From positions 183,210,001 through 183,274,000 of the forward strand of contig OZ038378.1 in NCBI GenBank assembly GCA_964036045.1: a stretch of 64,000 nt of DNA, read 5' to 3'. Positions 12,985 to 23,200 of the stretch are shown piece after piece. Origin of the DNA: Eutreptiella sp. 'Long Island Sound 2002' (taxonomy: Eukaryota; Protista; Euglenida). The position numbers and the translations under genes were made by a program. The notes beneath the pieces are model-generated. The model searched no databases. It was not told the origin of the DNA and was given only the letters and a program-made list of their open reading frames with translations. Position 1 is the stretch's first letter. Each line of letters starts with the position of its first letter.

Positions 12985-14460
12985 CAGGTGTCATGCCAAC
13001 CCCCCACTGGCACAACCTCCCAAGGGAAAAGAAGGGTAAGAAGGGAGGTAAGGATAGGCCAGACTGGGAGAGGGAGGGCACAAGGTGGTGAGAGGCTGAT
13101 GGGCACCACCGCCTACGGAGGGAAAAGGTTCAAGGGAAGGGCAGCGGTAAGTGGTGAGAGGCCAATAAGCGCTGCCAGCTGCCAACAGCAGCACGACCAG
13201 GCGTCATGCCAAACCCCCTTGGCATGGTCACAGGAACCGCTGGCAATGGGACTCTGCAATGGGACTATGTCTCAGGTTTGGTGACGACCTGCCCGGGTCA
13301 AGAAGAAGGGCAGCCTGATGGATCATCGGATCGGGGGGTCGGTGGTCCTGAAGGGAGCTCACCGCACCTCCCCCCCCTCCCCCATTGTTCACCCACGGGC
13401 ACAATGCGCTTGGCCGGAAGCAATGAGGCCGGACAAATCCGCAACGCCCATGGCGATGCTTGCAGGTTCGCTGAGCGGGCCGTCGTCATGTGGGGGGCAA
13501 TGGTGTAACCCAAGGCAGTGGCCCTTGGGGCTTAGGGACAAACTTGAGGCCTACTACTTCAGATCAGGACAATGGCTGTGGCGCTCTGAGGTCAGGGCAT
13601 TGCTGTGATGCAACACAAAGCAAAGACGCCTCCTTCCAAAACTGCATGCATCCATCTCACTGCATTGTGACCCCGGTCCCGATCACAGAACGAACGGGTT
13701 TGAGTTGGGCTCTGGGGGCCTCAGTGCATTGGATGCGGGTTTGACTCAGTATGCTCCAGAGGTTGAGTTGGGGGGTGGGCCTCAGAGGGTTGAGGCGGCC
13801 AGAAGTCCACGGTCCTGGCCCCTTTCCTGGCCGGACACAACTGCCCCGAATGCCCCATCTCAACGCCGCCGGGAGTGCTGACGGCCCCCACACCCCACGA
13901 TGGTGCAGGTGGGCAGGAGTTGCGTGGGTGGGTGGGGGAGGGGGGGCTGCCATCAAGGCTGAGTGAGTATGCCGGTTGGTACTACCGGGTGTACATACAT
14001 CAAGCCTTTTTTGTGATACGGGGGGAGGGGGGGAGGAAATCTTGGAAGAGGCAGGCAGTTTTTCGGGGAAGGCACTGCTTTTGTCCTACCCCTACCCCAG
14101 GGGGGTAGGGTCAGAGTGTTCCTAGTTTGAACATGTGTCACCCAGAATTTCAAAAGGCAGGCAGGCAGGCACTCCCCACCTTTGGTGCCCACTTGGATGC
14201 ACCTGGCCAACGGCGAGGGCAGTTGCCCTCCTCTGTGTAGACCCGACACAGAGCAGTGAAACAGGGACAGTCAGGGGGCTCTGTTGGCACAACCTCCCAA
14301 GGGAAAGGAAAGGGAAGTAGAGAGGGAAAGACAGGCCAAGGAGGGAGAGGAAGGACACAGGGTAGTGAGAGGCCGATGGGCACCACCGCCTACGGAGCGG
14401 AGGGAAATAGTCCAAGGGAAGGGCAGTCAGCCAGCTGCAGACCAAGGTGTCATACCCTGG
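12985..14460 (+). repeat. Two copies of a short dispersed repeat (GCACAACCTCCCAAGGGAAA...ATGGGCACCACCGCCTACGGAG) at ~12985-13215 and ~14275-14460
   Basis: Shared motifs; spurious translations MGTTAYGG in both copies. Confidence 0.75.
13223..13650 (+). repeat. Dispersed ~400-bp repeat, second copy at 18183-18590
   Basis: Colinear, high identity, with one ~20-bp indel. Confidence 0.9.
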
Positions 14461-16592
14461 GGGAGGGTATCCGAGCCACTAAAGGAAGGCTTGATGTATG
14501 TGTTCCCCTTTTTGAGGAGGACATGCTCCACTCGTGGATGGGTCCACCCATTGGGTTGAGGGTGAGCAGGGCTGGTTCATAAAAACTGCGAGAGGTGGGC
14601 AGCCAGCTGGACTACCTAACAGCCGTGGAAAAATTGTTTTTACCGCGTGAGAGTGGGACAGTTGTGCCGCTACTGAGTGTGTGTGTGGGGGGGGGGGGCT
14701 CTCACCTTTGATATTGAGACCACTTCATCAGGGATCTGCGACACAGAGGACTATTGGGGGTGCTTCCGGGCGCACCTGTGTTCCAGCCTAACGGACAATG
14801 GGGGCACGCCCAGCACCATTCTCAGGGGCGCTCGACCTCATCCATCGTGTTGGACCCCAAACGCCCCGGCGACCCTCTCGTTTGGCACAGGAGCGAGCAC
14901 GGCCCCACGGCCGGAGGGCTTGCCACACGTCTGCCATGGCCCCACGGCGTTGATGCGGTGAAGTCAGACACATGCCACACCCATTGCAACCCAATCGCTG
15001 CGGCGGCCGCCACGCCAAACGCATCCGAAGGCGCAACAGCGCACTGAAACCCAGAAGACTAGGACAGACGTAAGAACGGAACCGAACAACCGCATGCAAT
15101 GACACCCGCCTGCGCAGGAAATGGCCGCAGAGAGGAGGGCACCGCAGCAGCTTGATGCGGCACATCGCGTCACTCATGAGCGGTCCTGCCTACTGACTCG
15201 AGAGATCTACGTGACGACTCAGCGCAAGTGGGTGTGTGTCCCGGACTGCTACCCCCACTCCAGGCAAAGACTTCTTTGGCGCCTGCGGCGCCCGTCAATT
15301 TAAAGAAAACGGGTTCCTCTGCGTGAATCAACACTGAGCAGTGCAGAAGGAGGTGGGGGGGGGTGATGAAGGATGTTGGCCCATCTGTTCCTGTTCCTGG
15401 AGGCCTTGGGTGAGGATCGGTAACGACGGGGACGTGAATGGGGGTGCGCCCACGGTGCGTGACCGCTGCACCGCGCTGTCTTGGCATGGCAACTAACCAA
15501 CACCAGTGGCAGGCCAGTCAGGCCTGAATGCCGGTAAGGCAGCATGCAACGGGTCATCCCCGGTTCGCTTGCCCTGTGCTTCATACGGGCGGTGAAGAGT
15601 GCTGCTGCGGCTGCTGCGATGCAGTCATTGTTGTTATTGTCGGGCCAGTGTCTAGCGGTGCACCGAACTGGGAGAGGCGAGCAAGGGACTCGCTGACAAG
15701 GGGGGCTAAGAGCTGTACCCGCCAAGAGGTTCTGCTGGTCGCCCACGCCCGCCGGTATGCCCGCGTCTCTCCCTAAAGATAGCAGGCACCAGGCGATCAG
15801 TAGCACAGGGACGCCCTCGCATGGCTCTAGAACAACAAATGGGGCTGGTGGGGCCGGCCACATTGCTCTTCGGCTGGGCGCCTTTCTGTAGTACAGCAGG
15901 TACACGGTCAGAAGGCACCAACGGGTGGGGCGGTCCACGTGTCGTGTCCACCCCTGCAAGCAGGAAAACAAGGTCAAGTTGTCCCCTTCCTTGCGCGGCG
16001 TGCAGACTTGCACTGACAGGAAACCGGCGAGGACGCATACGGAATCGCAGGAGAGCAGCAGCGGAGTGAGGCATGTACTCTGCCTCGATGGTAATGATCA
16101 TCCCATGTCCGGCCGTCGGTGTCGTCTCAGCGTCAACCTCCGGTCATGCACAGGATGACGTCGGCGGCTTGACTCCGGACCGGCCGACAACTACCGCGGC
16201 CCCCCGCCGAAGACTGACATACTTTGAGACCCGTCGCCAGAGGCCAAATTTGACTGAGACTTGGTGCGTTTTAGGCGGTGGCAGTGTGGCCACAGGGTTA
16301 AGGGGGCGTCTTGGGCTCCGTTCTTGGCTCATGCGGCATTTCGGGGGGGGGGGCTGCCTGGGCCACCCCCGTCCCATCCGGACGAAGGCCGAGGGCCATC
16401 GGTGTGGCCTGCGGGGGCAGACAGCTGCGGCTTTGGGGGGCGGGGGCAGGCGGGCGACGCCCGGCGGATCCCGACTGGGCCCGCTCCCCGACGCGCCGCA
16501 GCAATGGCCCGCCGGTGGTCCGATTCAACGCAGGAAGCGCGCGCGACTGTCCGGAACACGCCTTTGGGCTCTCCATCGCCGCAGTCGGGCCA

Positions 16593-16865
16593 CTAGACAT
16601 CGAAATGCCGGTCGGACACCGGGCTGCTGCCGGGCTCCATGCCCTCCGATGATATGCAGCAGCCGAACATCTTCGGCTTCCGCTTCCGCACCTTCACGGA
16701 CGTGACGTTGACCCGGTCGTAGCGGCCGTTGGAGACGAGCTGCGGCACGGGGACCAGTCGCGGGGTCTTGAGCTGCTCCATCACGACGCAGACCCGCGTC
16801 CGGCGCCGCAGCTCGTCATAAGAGAGCGGGAGCGCCAGGTCAAGCCCACGGCAGTGCGTCAAAAC
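16593..16865 (-). CDS. Receptor-ART exon 12: C-terminal tail
   Basis: Acceptor cttccag|GTTTTG after a pyrimidine tract. [51 protein letters not shown], with TAG at 16595-16593. Confidence 0.82.
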   Translation of the reverse strand, partial: VLTHCRGLDLALPLSYDELRRRTRVCVVMEQLKTPRLVPVPQLVSNGRYDRVNVTSVKVRKRKPKMFGCCISSEGMEPGSSPVSDRHFDV

Positions 16866-19800
16866 CTGGAAGTTGTGGCCGGCCGAAAGGGAGAGGGAGG
16901 GAGGGGGGATAGGGCATGGGGGGGGGGGGCATGCAGGCGGGGCAGAGGGGGCCGGGCGACAGGGAACGGCAAGCACCCGTGAGGGAGGAAGGCGGGCAGA
17001 GGGGGCAGCATTACCCAATATCCGCTGCAGGGCCAGCCACCGCTGTGGCAGACAGCGATCACAGCAAATTCGCCAAGAGCAATGACAGGGCCTGTGCTTG
17101 TTTCATCTTTCGCGACAGACAGGCAATCCAGTGGCCAGCTCATGATTTAGGCAGACAATTCAACGGTACTCGAAGGGCAACCAACGGCGGTTGGTCCGTA
17201 ACCAACGACACTTGAAGAGTGACCGACGGCGGCGGAACGAGAAACGACGGCAGTTGGGGGTCAACAATTTTTAACAAAAAAAAGTCCACTCAAAAACGCC
17301 CTGAACCCCGACCCCGAACACATCACCACTGGTTCCCAGTGGAATGCGCCCTCTTGCACAAGGTAACGTCACTGCGAGGCGCCTCGTCACGAGTGGAGAT
17401 TACTGCGAATGCGATGGGGTTGAAGGCTGAGCAAGGGTGTGTGTGAGGGGGGCGGGGTGTGGGGGGTTGGGGGTCCAAAATTCCCCGGCTTGAGGGGGGG
17501 ATTTGGGTTCCCTGTCGAGTTCTAAGCCAGTGGAATACACCGAAGTGTTGGGGCAAATCCCCGTTCCTCCTTCACCAGGTGAAGGGACGACGTGTGAACG
17601 TTCACCTGCAGCCAGTGCTCAAGCAACAGACTTTGGCCATGAACCACCGGCGGTGGGCGTCTGACCGCCCATCGCCGGGGGGCTAACTGCTGGCTCAAAG
17701 AGCTCGTGCGAAACCACACGTTTTTGGCCCAGTTTTGAAAGTGACGGTGTCCGTGCCTCTGCCAGTCCCTTGGACAGACCGGCCCCTTGCGAAGATGCGG
17801 TTTGGTTCCTGCCACAGAGCCAAAGGCGTGCCTAAGGGAAAGGGAGGGATGAGAGACCTGGGCCCATTCGCAAGGATTGTGCCCGAGGCCCAGGGTTGTA
17901 CAGCGCGGCGGTGCTGTGCGGTTGCCTGGTCCTGGTCGTGCAGGTTGTGTTGTGGGTCGCGCTCCAGCGATGGCCTGTTCAAACAACACTCGTGCGTGGT
18001 GGGCGTTAACGTGTACTGTAGGGCCCCCACGGTCACGGCGTGAGGTGGGGGTGTCTATCCTTAAGGGGCTGCCCTTAGTGAAGCACAACATCTCGCAGAG
18101 GCGACAATTCAGGAGAGCACACGGGACATCAGCCTCCCCTCCCAAATATTGCTGGCGCCAACATGTGTGAGTGTCAGCCCCGCATGATCACAGGAACCGC
18201 TGGCAATGGGACTGTGCAATGAGATTATGTCTCAGGTTTGGTGACGACCTGCCGGCCTGGGTCAAGAAGAAGGGCAGCCTGATGGATCATCGGGTCGGGG
18301 GGGTGGTGGTCCTGAAGGGAGCTCACCGCACCTCCCCCCCCCCCCACCCTCACCCGTTGAGCAATGAGGCCGGACAAATCCGCAACGCCCATGGCGATGC
18401 TTGCAGGTTCGCTGAGCGGGCCGTCGTCATGTGGGGGGCGATGGTGTAACCCAATGCAGTGGCCCTTGGGGCTTAGGGACAAACTTGAGGCCTCCTCCTT
18501 CAGATCAGGACAATGGCTGTGGCGCTCTGAGGTCAGGGCATTGCTGTGATGCAACACAAAGCAAAGACGCCTCCTTCCAAAACCGCATGCACCGACTCAG
18601 TCTTGCCTTGTGCAAGCCATGGCACAGCAACATAACACCCCGCCGCACTGCACCGCACCACCACACAATTGCCGAGCTCACCACTTCACGACACATGGGC
18701 ATGGGCATCTGTTGGCACCGCAGGAACACATGCGGGCCGATGGGCCTGGTCAACAACTGCCAGACAGAAGGTGCCCAAGCCCAGGCAGTCAGGAAGGGGG
18801 TACCTCCGTGACCTTCACCACCATGAACTCGGAGCCGGGGGGCAGCAGCAGCTCCTCTTCCTCTGGGTACTGCGAGAACGGCCCGACGTCCTCGTACGTG
18901 TGGATCTTGATCGCGTACAAGATGCCCATGGGCCTCCGCGCGAGGAACGAGTGCGCCACATCGAATGAGCAGGTGGTGCTCGTCAGGCCCTCCCACGGAA
19001 AGATGGCCCCGGGCTGGTTCTTGAAGTACGTCGCCTGGATGCATGGAGAGATGGAGAGACTGAGAGACTGAGGGAGGGAGGCCGGGAGAGACAAAAAGAG
19101 AGACACAGACAAAGATGATGTGCTTCACTAAGGGCAGCCCCTTAAGGATAGACACCCCCACCTCACGCCGTGACCGTGGGGGCCCTACAGTACACGTTAA
19201 CGCCCACCACGCACGAGTGTTGTTTGAACAGGCCATCGCTGGAGCGCGACCCACAACACAACCTGCACGACCAGGACCAGGCAACCGCACAGCACCGCCG
19301 CGCTGTACAACCCTGGGCCTAGGGCACGATCCTGACAGGCAGATGGACAGGCACACAAACACGCTGGGAAAGAGACCAACAGACAAACGAAGAGACAAAC
19401 AGACAGACAGGCAAGCAGCCAGGCATTGTGTGGCCACTCTCAGTCCTGCAGTCCTATGGTGCCAGGATGTGAGACCTGAGTGAGCTCGATGGGGAGCCCC
19501 CGAAACACCCACCGAGGCTCTGGCCATGCCACGCATGCCATCTGCTCCATCACGTAGTAGATGAATGGCCGCCAGAATCGCAGGTTCTTGCGCGTGCGCA
19601 TCGCCTCATTGCTCCTCAGATACAGTTCGCTGTCCAGAGTGTACAAGAAGAAGACAAAGATGGCCTGCGGATGCACCGGTCCGCTCTGCGCCCGCAGGTG
19701 ATGATACGGCGACTCCACATCCGATGACGCATGGGAGTCAAATCGTTGCGGGCGCGGCGAGCATAGCCCGCGCGCCACCTGCGCGCACACCTTGATCTTC

Positions 19801-20120
19801 CCCTTCCAGATCAGCTCCTCCATGGGGTCATTACCCTCCTGTGCCCCTTCCCCTTCCCCTTGCAGCTTCTTCAGCGGCCACAGAGTTGGATGCCTTCCCA
19901 GCTGCTCCAGCCAATCCTTCAGTGGGCCCGGTGTGAAACCCACTGGGAACAGGTCCTCTGAGGGGTCCTCGTCGTCCAGCAGCACCTCGCTCAGCCCTAT
20001 GCGAAGTTTGGCAGGACCAAAGCTGTCACCTCAACCACGCCCAAGCCCCAGCCTCACCAAGGTCTCTGACCCAACAAATCCCACCAGCACACGCAGGTGC
20101 ACGCACAAACAAGCGTGCGT

Positions 20121-20163
<43 letters not shown>

Positions 20164-20180
20164 CACACACGGACACACAC

Positions 20181-20241
<61 letters not shown>

Positions 20242-23200
20242 CGGGACCCTCAAGAAGCAACAACAGCGTCAAACTGGAAAGGGGCTCTTGGGTCAGGGAA
20301 TGTTGTATTTACGAGGGAGACACAAGTGCAGCCTGAGCAGGGCAGTACCATTTGGCTCAGATCACTGATCACTGATGCCTCTTTGGTGCTGGAGCCTCTG
20401 CTTTCTGTGGAGTCAGAACCTCTGGCGGCGGCGGCTTATGTGAGTTGCGTGCTGGCTCTGCCATGCTCCATCTGAAATGTGTGTGTGTGTGTGTGTGTGT
20501 GCTTTGTACTATTAACGAGGGTTGAAGGCTTTTAATGTTCTGGCCGCTCTTCAACGGGAGGGTTAGGGGTTAGCGGGTTAGAGCCTGCCTGTGGCCTGCC
20601 CTATCCCTCCCATGGCCCCCCGGTGTGTCGCGGCGCGGCGGAAGGATGTCCGCCTCGGGTTATGTGCCCTCCTCTGAGGCCCTCCCGTGACCGTGCTGCT
20701 GCTCCTGCGCGCCCCCGCGCGGCAGCACTGCTGCCCCCGGCCCTGCCGGTCCCCCGCCCCCTCCCCCAGACGAGGGAGCCGGTGCGCGCACCGGCCCTCC
20801 GAAGGGCATAGCGCCCATTTGCTGCTGCACCCCCCCCCCCCTGAACCGGCAGACACCGTTGCCCCCCCCCCCCCCAGCACCCTGGGATGCCCCTCGTGGT
20901 GGCGGCTACAGCAGTGCCGCACCCCCCTGTGCCCCTTGCATGACTTGCATGCTGGGGCCCGGTGCTCATCACACAGGGTCTGCATAGGGCGCCGTGGCTG
21001 CCCTGTTCATTTCCCCCCCACCCGCTGTGCCCTTTTTTGTGGGGGGGAGGGAGGGAGAGGCTGCCTTGGTTGCCCTGGCACAGCCCCTTGGGGAGGGCAG
21101 GTCTTGCTCCACCTGTACTGCGGAGGTCTCCGCCTCCGCCCCCTGCGCGCCGCCCCCCGAGGGATGGGGGTGGGGGTCGACCGATGTCCCCTGCTCCTGC
21201 CCCCCCCCCCCTTGGGGGGGTTCGCGGCCCCCGGGGGGGGGTCTACGCCCTCCCCTTTGGCTGATGACCCCGCCCGCGCCGCCGTCAGCTGGCGGGAGAT
21301 GTCCCCGAAAATATCCACCAGCCCTCGGGAGGGGGGGGGGGATGGGGACGCGGTTGTACCCCCCCCCCCCCCCCCACGCGTGTGTGTCCGCCCGTGACGC
21401 CTGTACTTCGTGTGCCCCCCCTTGCCCGGCGGTTCCCCCTGGGAGGAGTGGGGAGGGCGGGAAGGGCCGCTTGAGCCCTCCCCGCTCGTTTAACATACCG
21501 GAGCCGCTTAGGCTGTGCCCCCCCCCCCCCCTGGAGACAGTTGGTGGGGGGGGGGCTGAGAGCCCCTCCGGGCGTCGCGCGCACCCGTGCTCTGGGCGCG
21601 CTCGTCGCGCCACGCGCGCTGGTGAGGAAGATTGCGAGTGGGGACGTTTGCGCGCGCTTGGCGAGTCCCGTGCGGCCTGGGACGCCGCCACGGAGCCGGC
21701 TCCGGATGGCTGCTCGGGCTGCAACCACGCCCGCAGCGCTTGCGCCGCCACGCGCGCTTGTGCCGCGTCCATGCGGTGCCCTTCGTGAGCCCGCTGGCAG
21801 CAGTGCTCGGCGCCCCGCTGCACGCAGGCGGCACAGGGCGGGGCCCAGTGTCGCGCACACAGGGCCACCCGCGGCGGCGGTGCCACGCGGCCCGCGCCCC
21901 CGCCTCCTGCCCCATGCCGGTCGCGCTGCACCTGCCGGCGCAGCAAGCGTTGGAAGGGCCGCAGGGGCTGCTGCCTTGGTCCTGCCGGGGGGAGGTAATC
22001 CAATAGGAACACATCCTGCCGCCCCGCTCCCGGCTGCGCCAGGCGCCGCGTCCATAGCGCGTGGCAGTGCGCCTCCAGCTGGCGCATTTGGAACAGCATG
22101 GCGTCCGGGCGCGTGAACAGTGGGCGCGCCGCCCTCCCCACACACCTGAAGCCCCCCAGCGGCAAGAGGGATTTGGCCAGCCACACCTCCTTGCCCCGCA
22201 GAAGGTCCCCTGCTTGCAAATGCGGCTGCAGCGCATCCAGGGCCATTTTCAGCACTTGGCCCCTAGTGATAGCGGCAATGTGACCCCCCGCAGCCGGTGG
22301 TCGCTGGGGGCCGGGAGTGCCCGCTCCGCGTGGGCCTCGAAGTCCAGGGCAAGCTCCACGTACGTCACGTGGCCCTGCCCTGGTAGCCACCGCAGTCGGC
22401 TAGCCCACTGCAGGAGCGCCATCGCGAAGGACGCCTCCCACGGCCACCCCGGCGGCGGGCCGGCGCGCAAAGCTAGCGGCGCCGTTGGTGGCGCCGGGGG
22501 ATGTGGGCCCGCACCTAGTTGTCCCCAAGGGTAGCCCCGGCGCGCGTCGGGAGGGCATGTGCGCGCGATCGCAAAGACCGAGGGGCCCGCGCCCACGTCT
22601 CGACGTGCCGCAACTTCCGCTCCCATGCGTGCTGAAAGCACCGCCAAATACATGCCATACAGGCGGTACATGAGCCGCCCCGCTTGATCCACCTCCTCTG
22701 GTCGGACCAATGCTGCCGGCAACAGGCCCGTTGCGCGCAGGCACACCGGCCACGCTGACGGGAGGGCCAGTGCCGGCAAATGCGCCGCCTCGGCCCGCAC
22801 CAGCGGGAGCCAGGCGGCACGCCGTGTATGCCATTGCGGGCAGTCCCATAGGAGATGGACCTCCGTCTCCGGGGGGCCCCCGCAGTAGGGGCAGGCCGCT
22901 AAATCCGACATTTGATGCTTCCGGACCCGCGCCCCTGTCCACGTCGCCCCGGCTTGTAGTGCTCGCAGCAACGAGCGCTCCGTCTCCGAGCTGGCCACCA
23001 ACATGCCTGGGTGCAGGCGGGCCTGCATACCTCCGCCCCTAGCCCCCCAAAGGTGGCTTGTACTATTAACGAGGGTTGAAGGCTTTTAATGTCCTGGCCG
23101 CTCTTGCGACGGGAGGGTTAGGGGTTAGCGGGTTAGAGCCTGCCTGTGGCCTGCCCTATCCCTCCCCTGGCCCCCCGGTGTGTCGCGGCGCGGCGGAAGG

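Larger units (their letters stand above)
17886..19320. repeat. Perfect 202-bp inverted repeat (17886-18087 / 19119-19320) flanking exon 11
   Basis: Base-by-base reverse-complement identity over 202 bp, extending to ~220 bp with 3 mismatches. Confidence 0.95.

Noticed and set aside
14670-16590. Possible additional gene in the GC-rich region downstream of the receptor stop
   Set aside because: Many overlapping short ORFs, with no consistent frame, splice pattern or domain.
20026-20336. Cys-Val or His-Thr rich ORFs (also at 3081, 27896, 28315, 51977, 55272)
   Set aside because: Translations of microsatellites.
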